A DNA stretch of 64,000 bases, taken from the NCBI GenBank assembly GCA_963725665.1, contig CAVRZA010000002.1, positions 128,001-192,000 of the forward strand, given 5' to 3'. The stretch comes from an uncultured Actinomycetes bacterium. GTDB lineage: Bacteria > Actinomycetota > Thermoleophilia > UBA2241. This document shows positions 51,425 through 61,966 of the stretch, one piece after another. The notes below the pieces were generated by a model. The model was not told where the DNA came from, made no database searches, and saw nothing but the letters and a program-made list of their open reading frames with translations. Positions within the stretch are counted from its first letter, which is position 1. Every line of letters begins with the position of its first letter. A program made the position numbers and the translations under genes.

Positions 51425-52669
51425 ATGAGTGGTCTTTCGGGGCGCTTTGCCGCCCTGCGCGAGCGCAACTTCCGCAATCTCTTTCTCGGCCAATCGGTCT
51501 CGGTGATCGGCGACGGCATCACGCCGGTGGCCATCACCTTCGCCGTGCTCGATCTGACGGGCTCGCCGACGGACCTCGGACTGGTCCTGGCCGCCCAGAG
51601 CGTACCCCTCGTCGCCTTTGCCCTGATCGGCGGCGTCTGGGCCGATCGGCTGCGCCGCGAGCGCGTGATGCTCGTCTCCGACATCGTCCGCGCCTGCGTG
51701 CAGGCGACCGTTGCGGCCCTGCTCCTGAGCGGCCAGGCGCAGATCTGGCAGCTCATGGTGCTCCTCGCGGCATACGGCACTGCCGAGGCCTTCTTCCGCC
51801 CCGCCTGGGGCGGCCTGCTCCCGCAGCTCGTGCCGATGCAGCGTCTGCAGGAGGCCAACGCTCTGATGGGGATCTCGGACAACTTCGGCTGGCTCGTCGG
51901 CCCGGCGATCGCCGGCACGCTGATAGCGGTGCTAGGGCCCGGCGGTGCGATCGCCATCGACGCCGGCACGTTCGTCGTGAGCGCGGTCTTCCTGGCGACG
52001 ATCGTCGCGCCGCCGTTCGAGCGCCGCCACGCGCCGGCGCCCTTTGTGGCCGAGTTGCGCCAGGGCTGGTATGAGGTCAAGTCGCGGCGCTGGCTCTGGG
52101 TCATGCTCCTGCGCACGTGCCTGGTCCTCTTCGCCGCGATAGCTCCCTTCCAGATTCTCGGGCCGCTGATCCTGCGCGAGCACGGCAGGGGAGCGGCGTC
52201 ATGGGGTTTCCTCATGGCGATCTTCAGCGCCGGGATGATCGCCGGCGGCGCTTTCGCCATGCGCTACCGTCCCCGCCGGCCGATGGTCGTCGTGGCCATC
52301 ACCGGGACCTCGGGCTGTCTCTCGCCGCTCGCCCTCGCCCTGGGCGGCTACCTGCCGGCGCTCATCGTCACCGAGAGCATCCACGGCGTCGCCGTCGGGA
52401 TCCTCGTCGCCGTCTGGAACACGACTGTGCAGAGCCAAGTGCCCAGGGACGCCGTCGCGCGCGTCACGGCCTGGGACTGGATGGCGTCGCTCGCCCTGTG
52501 GCCGCTGGGGCTGGCCATCGCAGGGCCGCTGGTCGCGGCGCTGGGGTTCACCACGGCGGCGTGGCTCTCGGGGACCGTGGGGCTCGCCTGCTCGCTCTGG
52601 GTGCTGGGCGTCAAGGACGTCTGGCGCCTGCGCCCGGCGCCCTCGCTGTCGCTGCCGGAGGGCGGCTGA
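51425..52669 (+). CDS. MFS transporter
   Basis: About 12 TM segments, GGVWADRLRRERVM, GPAIAG. Confidence 0.9.
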   Translation: MSGLSGRFAALRERNFRNLFLGQSVSVIGDGITPVAITFAVLDLTGSPTDLGLVLAAQSVPLVAFALIGGVWADRLRRERVMLVSDIVRACVQATVAALLLSGQAQIWQLMVLLAAYGTAEAFFRPAWGGLLPQLVPMQRLQEANALMGISDNFGWLVGPAIAGTLIAVLGPGGAIAIDAGTFVVSAVFLATIVAPPFERRHAPAPFVAELRQGWYEVKSRRWLWVMLLRTCLVLFAAIAPFQILGPLILREHGRGAASWGFLMAIFSAGMIAGGAFAMRYRPRRPMVVVAITGTSGCLSPLALALGGYLPALIVTESIHGVAVGILVAVWNTTVQSQVPRDAVARVTAWDWMASLALWPLGLAIAGPLVAALGFTTAAWLSGTVGLACSLWVLGVKDVWRLRPAPSLSLPEGG

Positions 52670-52749
52670 GAGAATAGCGCCGGCAGCTCGGAAGAGATCC
52701 GCGCGACGAGCCGGTCGCGTCGTGCCGTCGTCGGGGAAAGGAGCCTCGC

Positions 52750-53946
52750 ATGGTGCCGTCACAGGGTGCGGAGTGGACACTGCCGTTCACGAAGGCGGAG
52801 TACGACGCCCGGCTGGCCGGGGTGCGGGCCGAGATGGAACGCCGGGGGATCGCGTTGCTCTACGTCACGGCGCCGCCCAACCTCAACTACCTGCTGGGGC
52901 ACCAGGCGGTGTGGTTCGACCCGCGCAACGTGACCGGGCTCGCCGTGCCGCTCGCGCCCGCCCCCCCGATCTACTTCGACACCTACGACCACGCGCCCGG
53001 CTGGCCGCCGACGATCGAGGAGTACGTGGAGTACGGCAAGGAGGGTTTCTACTACCCCGAGGGAGCGCAGGCGGTGGCCGACGTGCTGCAAGCGCGCGGG
53101 CTGCTCAAGGGCCGCGTGGGGCTCGAGTACTGGAGCTGGGCGCCGGGCGGGCCGGCCTTCGCCGAGCTCGCCCGGCGCCTCACCGACGCCGGCGCGCCCG
53201 AGGTCGTCGACGGTTCCTGGGTGGTCGACCACGTGCGCCTCATCAAATCGCCCCAAGAGCTCGCCTACACGCGTGAGGCGCTGGCCATCGCCGACGCCGC
53301 CTACGAGGCGCTACGCGACGCACTGGCGCCGGGCATGAGCGAGCACGAGATCAACGCACTCCTCTTCGCGGAGTGCGCGCGGCGGGGCGGCGACGAGCCC
53401 GGTATCCGCACGATGGTGCGCACGGGGCCCAAGACGCCGGCCTTCCACGCGCCGGCGAGCGACCGGCGCGTCGAGGCCGGCGAGCTGCTCATGATCGACA
53501 TGTCGGCGACGCGCCACCAGTACCACGGCAACACCGCGCGCGCCTTCTCGCTAGGCGAGAGCCCGTTCTGGGCCGACGCCCTGGCGACGCTGACGGCGAT
53601 GCGCGACGAGACCTGCGCCCAGATCAGACCGGGCGACCGGACGATGAAGCTGCAGCGGCTCATGGACGAAGCCGTCGACGCCGCCGGCCTGCGGCAGCAC
53701 GTCTGGTGGGTCGGCGGCTACGTGCTGGGCATCTCGATGCCGCCCGACTGGGTCGGCCACATCTACCTGAACGACGAGGAGGGCTTCGAGGCCGGCGTGT
53801 TCGAGCCCGGCTTCGTGGCCAACTGGGAGATCCAGCTCTGGGACCTCGACAAGCACGAAGGCGTGGGCGTCATCGACACGATGATCATGACCGGGCGTGG
53901 GGTCGAGATCCCGGCGCGGTATCCGGCGACGTTGACGGTGGTCTGA
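52750..53946 (+). CDS. M24 / creatinase-fold hydrolase, similar to ectoine hydrolase EutD/DoeA
   Basis: FTKAEYDARL, RLIKSPQEL, GYVLGISMPPDW; GAAAGGAG RBS. Confidence 0.78.
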   Translation: MVPSQGAEWTLPFTKAEYDARLAGVRAEMERRGIALLYVTAPPNLNYLLGHQAVWFDPRNVTGLAVPLAPAPPIYFDTYDHAPGWPPTIEEYVEYGKEGFYYPEGAQAVADVLQARGLLKGRVGLEYWSWAPGGPAFAELARRLTDAGAPEVVDGSWVVDHVRLIKSPQELAYTREALAIADAAYEALRDALAPGMSEHEINALLFAECARRGGDEPGIRTMVRTGPKTPAFHAPASDRRVEAGELLMIDMSATRHQYHGNTARAFSLGESPFWADALATLTAMRDETCAQIRPGDRTMKLQRLMDEAVDAAGLRQHVWWVGGYVLGISMPPDWVGHIYLNDEEGFEAGVFEPGFVANWEIQLWDLDKHEGVGVIDTMIMTGRGVEIPARYPATLTVV

Positions 53947-54002
53947 GGAAGGGGCGGGGGGCGGGCGGCGCCTGAAGGCGCCGCCCGCCCCCCGCCGACC
54001 GG

Positions 54003-55418
54003 CTACACCGTCCAGAACTCCTCGTGGCCCGGCGCGACCCGCGGCCAGGGTCGTGCCTCCTCCCACGCCCGGCCGCACGCGAGCAGGAGGTCGTCCCTGA
54101 AGCGCGGCCCGGTGAGCTCGAGGCCGAAGGGCAAGCCGCTGGGGAGGACCCCTGCCGGCAGCGTGATCGCCGGGTGTCCGGTCACGTTCTGCGCCTGCGT
54201 GTTGTAGACCCATGCGGGCGTGCCGATGCCGTCGTGGCCGGGCACTCGCCCGTCGGCGGACTGCTCCTCGACGCACAGGGTCGGCGTAGCCAGCACGACG
54301 TCGGCCGCGAGTAGCTCGTCGAGCTCGCTCACGTACGAGAAGCGACGCCGCCTCAGCGTGGCGTACTCCTCGGCCGTGTAGGCGAGCCCCTGCTGCATGC
54401 AGTAGGCGAACACGTCTGTGAAGCGCCGCGCCTCACGCTCGATCGTCTCGCGTCCCAGCGCGTAGGCCTGCTCGACCGTGGCCATGACGAACCAGTCGTC
54501 GTCGATGTTACCCGCGGTGAAGATGTCGCCGGGGCCGATGCGCTCGACGGGCAGTCCGAGGTCGCGCTCGAGTGCCTCGAGCGCGACCTCGAAGGCCTGC
54601 GTCACCGCGGCGGGGAGCGGGCCCCAGTCGACCAGGCGCTCGGCCGCGAGCACGCGCGACGGCCGGCCGCGCCCCGGCGCCGCGTCGAATGGCGGCGCGT
54701 ACGGTAGGGCGCTCGGGTCGCCGGGCACGGGGCCGGCCTCGACCTCGAGGAGCAGGCGCAGGTCGTCGACGGTCGTGGCGAACGGGCCGTCGGTGGAGAA
54801 GTCTATCCAGGAGGGGAGAGGGTCGCGGCCCACGAGCCCGTTGGTCGGCTTGATGCCGGCGAGACCGCAGAATCCCGCCGGGATGCGGATCGAGCCGCCG
54901 CCGTCCGTCGCGGTGGCGATCGGCGCCAGCCCGGCGGCCACGGCGGCGGCGGAGCCGCCGCTCGAGCCGCCGGGCGTGCACTCGAGCTTCCACGGGTTGC
55001 GGGTCGTGCCGAAGACGCGGTTGTCGGTGTAGCCCTCGAAGCAGAACTCGGGCACGTTCGTCTTGCCGACGGCGATCGCGCCGGCCGCGCGCAGACGGGC
55101 GATGTGCGCGCAGTCGCGCTGCGCCGGCGGCGCGGCGGCCAGCAGGAGCGAGCCGATGGTCGTGCGCATCCCGGCGAGGTCGTGCACGTCCTTGACCAGC
55201 AGGGGGATGCCCAGGAGCGGCAGCTCGAGGGCCGTGGGCTCGCCGAGGCCGACGCGCTCGTCGAGCGCGTCGGCCTCGGCGAGCGCCTCTTCGGCGCGTA
55301 GCGCGATGACTGCGTTCAGCGACGGGTTGTCGCGCTCGATCCGTTGGAGCGAGTGTGCGACGAGCTCCCTCGCCGACACTCGCCTCGCACGCACCATCTC
55401 GGCCAGTTCGCGCAGCAT
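54003..55418 (-). CDS. Amidase-signature family amidase
   Basis: LVKD, GKTNVPEF, TPGGSSGGS, TDGGGSIRIPA, GHPAITLP. Confidence 0.92.
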   Translation of the reverse strand: MLRELAEMVRARRVSARELVAHSLQRIERDNPSLNAVIALRAEEALAEADALDERVGLGEPTALELPLLGIPLLVKDVHDLAGMRTTIGSLLLAAAPPAQRDCAHIARLRAAGAIAVGKTNVPEFCFEGYTDNRVFGTTRNPWKLECTPGGSSGGSAAAVAAGLAPIATATDGGGSIRIPAGFCGLAGIKPTNGLVGRDPLPSWIDFSTDGPFATTVDDLRLLLEVEAGPVPGDPSALPYAPPFDAAPGRGRPSRVLAAERLVDWGPLPAAVTQAFEVALEALERDLGLPVERIGPGDIFTAGNIDDDWFVMATVEQAYALGRETIEREARRFTDVFAYCMQQGLAYTAEEYATLRRRRFSYVSELDELLAADVVLATPTLCVEEQSADGRVPGHDGIGTPAWVYNTQAQNVTGHPAITLPAGVLPSGLPFGLELTGPRFRDDLLLACGRAWEEARPWPRVAPGHEEFWTV

Positions 55419-55658
55419 GGCGGCCCCCTCATCGCGTCGCTATCTCTGCTTTCAGCCTACTACGCATCGTCGGAAAGTGCGGTTCGGCTGCTCTCGACCT
55501 CGTCCGTCCGCCGGGCCGGTCGCCTCGAACGGTCTCCGGGGCGACTCCGGGGAATCATGTTCGTGCTTCCCATGGAACAGGGAACGCCGTCGTCGTGGGC
55601 GGCGAGCCACCCGTTCGCGGGGTGGACCTTCACGGCTGGACGCGACTTGCGCGCAGGT

Positions 55659-55680
55659 TGGCGTCATACTGGCGTCATAC
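55659..55680 (+). promoter_or_regulatory. Tandem 11-bp direct repeat TGGCGTCATAC x2 upstream of the moxR operon
   Basis: Exact duplication with a degenerate third unit TTGCGTAGAGA. Confidence 0.45.
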
Positions 55681-55703
55681 TTGCGTAGAGATCGGGAGAG
55701 CCG

Positions 55704-56690
55704 ATGCAGACAGACACACGCAGCGCACCATTTCAGGACGAGGAGATGCACGAGGTAGCCCGCCGCGCGAACGATATCGCGGCCAACATCGCCTCGGTCA
55801 TCCTCGGCAAGGAGGAGGTGATCCAGGCTTGCGTCGTGGCCCTGCTCGCCGGGGGTCACCTCATCATCGAGGACTACCCCGGCGTCGGCAAGACGCTACT
55901 CGCGAAGGCGCTGGCGCGCTCCGTCAACTGTCGCTTCGCCCGCATCCAGTTCACCCCTGACCTCCTGCCCAGCGACGTCACCGGGGTGAGCGTCTTCAAC
56001 CAGAAGACGGCCGGTTTCGAGTTCCGCCCGGGACCGATCTTCGCCAACATCGTGCTCGCCGACGAGATCAACCGCTCCTCGCCCAAGACGCAGGCGAGCC
56101 TCCTTGAGTGCATGGAGGAGCGCCAGGCGACCATCGACAACGTGACCCATGCGATCGTCGCCCCGTTCATGGTCATCGCGACCCAGAATCCCATCGAGTA
56201 CGAGGGCACCTACCCACTCCCCGAAGCCCAGCTCGACCGCTTCATGATGCGCATCAGCATCGGCTACCCGGCAGCCGCCGCCGAGGATGCGATCCTGCTA
56301 GCCCAGACCTCGGGGGACCCGTTCGCCGAGCTCGCTCCGGTCCTGAGCGACGGCGAGGTGCTCACCATGCAGGCCGCGCTCGACAGGGTGAAGGTCGCGC
56401 CGGCGATCCGCCGCTACGTCGTCGGTATCCTCGCCGCGACCCGTGACAGCAGAGACGTCTACCTCGGGGCGAGTCCTCGCGCCGGGATCGCCCTGATACG
56501 CGCGGCGAAGGCCCTGGCCGTTCTGCGGGGCAGGGATTTCGTGGTCCCGCAGGACATCAAGGACCTCGTCGGCCGGGTGCTCAGTCACAGGATCATCCTC
56601 TCGCCGGATGCGAAGGTCCATGGGCAGTCCGAAGGAGCGGCGCTCGCCGACCTGCTCAAGGCCGTCCCCGTTCCCGGACCGGAGCGATGA
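55704..56690 (+). CDS. moxR: MoxR proper AAA+ ATPase
   Basis: EDYPGVGKT, RIQFTPDLLPSDVTG, LADEINR, EGTYPLPEAQLDRF, GASPR. Confidence 0.95.
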   Translation: MQTDTRSAPFQDEEMHEVARRANDIAANIASVILGKEEVIQACVVALLAGGHLIIEDYPGVGKTLLAKALARSVNCRFARIQFTPDLLPSDVTGVSVFNQKTAGFEFRPGPIFANIVLADEINRSSPKTQASLLECMEERQATIDNVTHAIVAPFMVIATQNPIEYEGTYPLPEAQLDRFMMRISIGYPAAAAEDAILLAQTSGDPFAELAPVLSDGEVLTMQAALDRVKVAPAIRRYVVGILAATRDSRDVYLGASPRAGIALIRAAKALAVLRGRDFVVPQDIKDLVGRVLSHRIILSPDAKVHGQSEGAALADLLKAVPVPGPER

Positions 56691-57958
56691 CGCGTCCCAC
56701 CGCCCGCGGGCTCAGTCTCCTGGTCGTGGCGATCGCGACCTATATCGCCGCGCGCATCCTGGGCACTTGGGAGCTCTACCTACTGTCGTTCGCGTTCGTG
56801 GCCGCCTTGTTCGTGTCGTGGCTGCTGGTGCTGGTCAGCGGCCGCAGACTCAGGGTCGTCCGCGTCTTGACGCCCGAGCAGCCGGTGGTCGGCGACCCGT
56901 TGCTGCTTTCGTTTCGCGCCAAGAACGGCTCCCTGCTGCCGGGGCTGCAGGTGAGGCTGCCGCACGCCGTCGGAGATCTCGGCGACCGTGACCGGGCGGT
57001 CGACTTCGAGAGCCTGGGTCCTCGGGCTGAGCGAGTGGCCACCTCGGGTCCCTGGCCCGCGCGGCGAGGTGTGCACCGTCTCCCGGCGCTGCTCGCTGTG
57101 GCCGAAGACCCGCTGGGCCTGGTGCGCGTCCGCCGCCAGCTTGGGGATGCCATCGAGTTCACCGTGTTCCCGCGACTGATTCACCTGCGCTCGTGCGCGC
57201 TGTTGGTGGGCGCCGGTCAGCGCCGCGAGGTCGGCAGAGGCGGCCTCGCGGCGCTCGGAGGCTACGAGTTCCGCGGCATCCGACCCCACAACCCGGGCGA
57301 ACCGCTGAGCCACGTCGACTGGAAGTCCACGGCGAAGACGGGGAACCTCATGCTCCGCGAGACCGAGGACCCGTCGAGCAGCGATGTCACCCTGCTGCTC
57401 GAGGGCGCGGCCTCGTTCGTCGTCGGTGAACCTCCTGAGACGAACTTCGAGCTCGCCGTCGAAGTCGCCGGCTCGATCGCCGCGTTCGCGTTGCGCGCCG
57501 GCCGGGGGGTCTCTCTGCTGCTCCACGAGAGCGGCTGGGGACAACTGCGCCTTACGGCCGACGCCAACGGTCACCATCGCCTGCTGGAGAACCTGGCGAG
57601 AACCGAGCCGCATCGTTCCGTGCGGCTCGGCCCCTCGCTGCGCGTGCTCCTGGCGAGCGGTGGGTTGCGCCTGCGGACGCAGGTGCTGCGTACGCACAGC
57701 CTGACCTTGGTCGTCCTGTCGCTCGATCGAGAGCTCGTGCGCGCGGTGATCGCCCTGCGCGAAGAGGGCCGGCAGGTCTCCGTCGTCTACGTCGCCCCGG
57801 ATTCGTTCACGTCGGCGCCACCGGGCGCCGAGAGCCGGAACCTTGCGCTCGCGCTCACGTCCGCCGGGGTGCCCTGCCTCAGGGTGAACCGCGGCGACGA
57901 TCTGGGCTCGGTGCTGTCGCTGGCGCACCGCGAAGGACTCTACGCTCGCCCAGTCTGA
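56687..57958 (+). CDS. DUF58 domain protein
   Basis: EDPLGL, EFRGIR, HVDWKSTAKTGNLM, FELAVEVAGS. Confidence 0.9.
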   Translation: MTRPTARGLSLLVVAIATYIAARILGTWELYLLSFAFVAALFVSWLLVLVSGRRLRVVRVLTPEQPVVGDPLLLSFRAKNGSLLPGLQVRLPHAVGDLGDRDRAVDFESLGPRAERVATSGPWPARRGVHRLPALLAVAEDPLGLVRVRRQLGDAIEFTVFPRLIHLRSCALLVGAGQRREVGRGGLAALGGYEFRGIRPHNPGEPLSHVDWKSTAKTGNLMLRETEDPSSSDVTLLLEGAASFVVGEPPETNFELAVEVAGSIAAFALRAGRGVSLLLHESGWGQLRLTADANGHHRLLENLARTEPHRSVRLGPSLRVLLASGGLRLRTQVLRTHSLTLVVLSLDRELVRAVIALREEGRQVSVVYVAPDSFTSAPPGAESRNLALALTSAGVPCLRVNRGDDLGSVLSLAHREGLYARPV

Positions 57959-60222
57959 TGGTCGTGCGCAAGCTCCTCTACCTTCTCAGCTTCTTCGGCC
58001 TCGCCGTCACCGCCGCCCTTGCGGTCGATCGGGTGGGCAGGCCCTCCCTGGCTCCGTTGCTCGTCCTCGCGGTCATCGTGGGTACCCTCGCCGGCGGGCC
58101 CGGGCTCGTCCATCGTCGAGCATGGCCCCTCAGTCTCGTGCTGATCCCCCTCGGGGCCTACCTGCTGCTGCGCTTGCAGCTCTCGCTTCCGCCGACCATC
58201 CACGGCGTCTGGCAACAGCTCGGCTTCTTCCGCGAACAGCTCGGCGCCGGCGGCCGGGCCTACATAACCCAGCATCTGCCCTTCGACTTCGACGCCGCGC
58301 CCGAGCTCAGGTTCCTCCTTGCCTTCCTCGTCTACGTAGCCGCGGCCTTCTCAGCCTTCGTGGCCCTCAGCTTGCGCAAGGCGCTGCCGGCCGTCGTCCT
58401 CCTCCTCGTGCTGCTGGGGTTCGGCGTCACCATAGATGACGCCGACAAGGTCCTCCTGCTGCCGGCCGCGTTCCTCCTGCTCGCTGGGTGCCTCCTGATG
58501 CTCTCACGCTCGCTTGAGCGCGAGCGGTGGAAGCCGGCCGACTCTCTGGCTGGTGTGGCGACGACGGTGATCGCCTCTCTGCTCGGTCTCTCGCTGCTCG
58601 GGGCGACGTCGGCGGCGGCGAGCCAGCCGTGGCAGGACTGGCGCACGTGGGGCGGCACGGTCGTCACTCACCAGAGCACCAGCATCAACTTCAGCGGGAT
58701 CAAGGACTACCCGAGCCTGCTCGATCCCGCGAACAATGCCCAGGTCATGAGGGTCAAGTCGCCCGTCGCAACGTACTGGCGTGCGAACGCTCTCGACTAC
58801 TTCACCGGGGAGGAATGGTTCGGGGACAAGACCCTGCGGGCGGTGTTGACGCCTGAGCCCGAATCCGGCCTCTACCGCTACAGGGTCCCCGGCACGACCA
58901 CGGAGCCTCCGGGAAGGCTGGTCACCGAGGCGTTCCGGATCGGGTCGCTGTACACGGACTACTACTTCGCCGGGGGGATGCCGAGGACTCTTGTCCTGGA
59001 TCAGCGAGTGCCGGTGCAGCTCAATGGCGCACAGGCCCTCCGGGCCCAGGCGTTCATCGGGCCGAACCTCGACTACGAGGTCACCGCCGTCGTCCCCCAG
59101 CTGAAGCCCGCCGATCTCGTCGGTCGCGGTCGCGACTACCCCGACGACGTCCTGCAAGACATCGAGATGCCTTTCCCGACGCTGGTGGAGATGGGAGCGG
59201 GCGCGACCGAGTCGCGGTGGCGGCAGGCGTTGGGCGTGACTCCCGTCGAACGCGAGTGGCTCGGCCTCTACCGGCTCAACCGCGCCATCGTGGGACAGGC
59301 TACCGATCCGTACGACATCGCCCTGCGGGTCGAAGAGTACCTGCGCCTGAACTACACATACTCTCTGAGCCCGCCCTCGGTGTCGCTCGAGTCCCCTTAC
59401 GCGGCGTTCCTCTTCAAGACGAAGACCGGCTTCTGCCAGCACTTCGCCGGGGCCATGGCCGCGCTGATGCGCTTCAACGGCATCCCGGCCCGGGTGGTGC
59501 TGGGGTTTGCCACGGGCGACAGGGCCAAGGACGGCACGTTCGTCGTGAGCAGGACGGACGCCCACGCGTGGGTCGAGGTCTACTTCCCCCAGGTCGGCTG
59601 GGTGCCCTTCGACCCCACGCCGGGTCGCAGCCTGCCCGGGCGAGGCCCGTCGTCAACGAGCGCTGGCTTCGTGAGCCCCTTCACGGCGGGAGGCGCCACG
59701 GCGGAGGGTCTCTCCCGAACGGGGACGGGGAACTCCGCCAAACGGCTTCGCGACCGGTTGGCGGCGGGCGGAGGCGGCAGCGGGGCGACGTCGGGAGCCT
59801 GGGTCGCGCGCGGCGTGCTGCCGTGGAGCATCGCCCTGGCGGCCTTGCTGCTAGCCTGGCCGCTGGGCCGGGTGTTGCTCCGCCGGCGAGCCGCGCGACG
59901 GGGAGGCCCCGAGGGGCGCCTGCGGGCGTCTCTCGCGCTCATGTTCGCCGAGCTCAAGGACTACGGCGTGGACGTGCCGCGGTCGCAGACTCTCGACGAG
60001 ACGTCGCGCCTCTTGAAGGAACATGTCGGCCTCGATGTGACCGGCGTGGTGGATCGGGTCCAGGCAGTGCTTTTCGGCGGCCGGTCTGCCACCCGGCAAG
60101 ACCTGACCGACGTCGCGGAGCTGCGCCGCGAGCTGAGGCACAGGTTGCGGGCACGAGCAGGCTGGCTGAGGGGGCTTCTCGCCCTGTACGGCCTTCCGGC
60201 GGCGTCGACCGGGCGCGGCTGA
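57958..60222 (+). CDS. Membrane transglutaminase-like protein (TgpA type)
   Basis: N-terminal TM block, [36 protein letters not shown]. Confidence 0.92.
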   Translation: MVVRKLLYLLSFFGLAVTAALAVDRVGRPSLAPLLVLAVIVGTLAGGPGLVHRRAWPLSLVLIPLGAYLLLRLQLSLPPTIHGVWQQLGFFREQLGAGGRAYITQHLPFDFDAAPELRFLLAFLVYVAAAFSAFVALSLRKALPAVVLLLVLLGFGVTIDDADKVLLLPAAFLLLAGCLLMLSRSLERERWKPADSLAGVATTVIASLLGLSLLGATSAAASQPWQDWRTWGGTVVTHQSTSINFSGIKDYPSLLDPANNAQVMRVKSPVATYWRANALDYFTGEEWFGDKTLRAVLTPEPESGLYRYRVPGTTTEPPGRLVTEAFRIGSLYTDYYFAGGMPRTLVLDQRVPVQLNGAQALRAQAFIGPNLDYEVTAVVPQLKPADLVGRGRDYPDDVLQDIEMPFPTLVEMGAGATESRWRQALGVTPVEREWLGLYRLNRAIVGQATDPYDIALRVEEYLRLNYTYSLSPPSVSLESPYAAFLFKTKTGFCQHFAGAMAALMRFNGIPARVVLGFATGDRAKDGTFVVSRTDAHAWVEVYFPQVGWVPFDPTPGRSLPGRGPSSTSAGFVSPFTAGGATAEGLSRTGTGNSAKRLRDRLAAGGGGSGATSGAWVARGVLPWSIALAALLLAWPLGRVLLRRRAARRGGPEGRLRASLALMFAELKDYGVDVPRSQTLDETSRLLKEHVGLDVTGVVDRVQAVLFGGRSATRQDLTDVAELRRELRHRLRARAGWLRGLLALYGLPAASTGRG

Positions 60223-60368
60223 GCGGGCCCCGCCGCGGTCGCTGCGCCACGTCGGACCCTTGCGGACGCTTCTGCGGGTCATTCCCCGGTGGCCGCGGAC
60301 GCGCACGTGCCGCCCCCGGTCAGCGTGTATCATGCTCGGCGAGGTGGGCTCGAGGGGAGGGCGGTGCC

Positions 60369-61901
60369 GTGGCTGATGCATCCGAAGGTCTGCTGATCGC
60401 GAAAGAGGCTGGCGGCACGGAGCTGTTACTGCTGCCGCAGATGGCCAATCGCCACGGGCTCGTGGCCGGCGCCACCGGCACCGGCAAGACGGTGACGCTG
60501 CAGGTGCTCGCCGAGGCCTTCAGCCGCGTCGGAGTGCCGGTGTTCGCCGCCGACATCAAGGGCGACCTGTCGGGCGTCTCGCAGGCCGGCGGCGGCAACG
60601 CCAAGGTCGATGCGCGCGTCGAGCAGCTCGGCCTGGTGTCGTGGGCCTTCGAGGGCTCGCCGGTCATGTTCTGGGACGTCTTCGGCGAGCAGGGGCACCC
60701 GGTGCGCAGCACGGCCTCTGAGGTCGGTCCGCTGCTGCTCTCGCGCATGCTCAACCTCAACGATATCCAGGAGGCGGTGCTCACCGTCGCCTTCCGCGTG
60801 GCGGACGACAACGGCCTGCTGCTCCTCGACATGGACGACCTGCGCGCCATGCTCAAGTACGTCGCCGACAACGCCGCCGACATCGGCACGACCTACGGCA
60901 ACGTCTCGGCGGCGTCGGTGGGCGCCATCCAGCGCGCCCTGCTCAGCCTCGAGGAGCAGGGCGGGCAGAAGCTCTTCGGCGAGCCCGCCCTGGACCTCTT
61001 CGACTTCATGCAGACCGATGCCAACGGTCGCGGCTACATCAACATCCTCGCTGCCGACGAGCTCATGCTGTCACCTCAGGTCTACTCCACGCTGCTGCTG
61101 TGGCTGCTCAGCGAGCTTTTCGAGCGCCTACCCGAGGCCGGCGACCTGCCCAAGCCCAAGCTCGTCTTCTTCTTCGACGAGGCGCACCTGTTGTTCACGG
61201 ACTCGCCGCCGGCGCTGCTCACCAAGATCGAGCAGGTCGTGCGCCTCATCCGCAGCAAGGGCGTGGGCGTCTACTTCGTCACCCAGAACCCCATCGACAT
61301 CCCCGACACCGTGCTGGGACAACTCGGCAACAAGGTGCAGCATGCGCTGCGCGCCTTCACGCCGCGCGAGCAGAAGGCCGTGAAGGCCATGGCCGAGACG
61401 TTCAGGCCCAACCCCGAGGTGAACGTCGAGTCGGCCGTCACCGACTTGGCCGTGGGCGAGGCGCTGCTCTCGCTGCTCGAGGCCGACGGCAGCCCCTGCA
61501 TGGTGCGACGCGCGTTCGTGGTGCCGCCGCACGGGCACATCGGGGCGATCGCCCCCGAGCAGCGGCAGCAGATCATGGCCGCCTCGCTGGTGGCCGGCCA
61601 CTACGAGCAGGTCATCGATCGCGAGTCGGCCGAGGAGGTCCTGGCGGCGCGGGCGCAGGCGGCGGCGACGGCGGCCGACCAGGCCGCGGCCGCGGCGGCC
61701 GCGGCGAAGCAGGCCGAAGCCGCTGCGAAGCCGACGCCGCGGCCGGAGAGCGCGCCGCGCCCGGCGCCCGCGCGCCCGCGGGCGAGCGACCGCGACAGCC
61801 TGGCCGAGGCTCTGGGCAAGAGCGTCATGCGCGCCGCGGGCAGCCAACTGGGCCGAGACATCGCCCGCGGCATCCTGGGCAACATGCTGAAGCGTAGGTA
61901 G
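60369..61901 (+). CDS. DUF853 / HerA-like ATPase (YjgR family)
   Basis: [50 protein letters not shown]. Confidence 0.93.
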   Translation: MADASEGLLIAKEAGGTELLLLPQMANRHGLVAGATGTGKTVTLQVLAEAFSRVGVPVFAADIKGDLSGVSQAGGGNAKVDARVEQLGLVSWAFEGSPVMFWDVFGEQGHPVRSTASEVGPLLLSRMLNLNDIQEAVLTVAFRVADDNGLLLLDMDDLRAMLKYVADNAADIGTTYGNVSAASVGAIQRALLSLEEQGGQKLFGEPALDLFDFMQTDANGRGYINILAADELMLSPQVYSTLLLWLLSELFERLPEAGDLPKPKLVFFFDEAHLLFTDSPPALLTKIEQVVRLIRSKGVGVYFVTQNPIDIPDTVLGQLGNKVQHALRAFTPREQKAVKAMAETFRPNPEVNVESAVTDLAVGEALLSLLEADGSPCMVRRAFVVPPHGHIGAIAPEQRQQIMAASLVAGHYEQVIDRESAEEVLAARAQAAATAADQAAAAAAAAKQAEAAAKPTPRPESAPRPAPARPRASDRDSLAEALGKSVMRAAGSQLGRDIARGILGNMLKRR

Positions 61902-61966
61902 CCGCCCGAAGCGCCGTCGGCGCGCGCGGCTCCACGCGCCGCCGACAATACGAGGCCGGCGGCGCG

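Noticed and set aside
51199-52260. N-terminal extension of the 811-aa minus-strand ORF
   Set aside because: Antisense to the MFS gene; the real start is ATG 51198 with a GAGG RBS.
59217-60368. N-terminal extension of the DUF853 ORF (894 aa in the track)
   Set aside because: Overlaps the transglutaminase gene in another frame; an RBS and GTG at 60369 give the normal family start.
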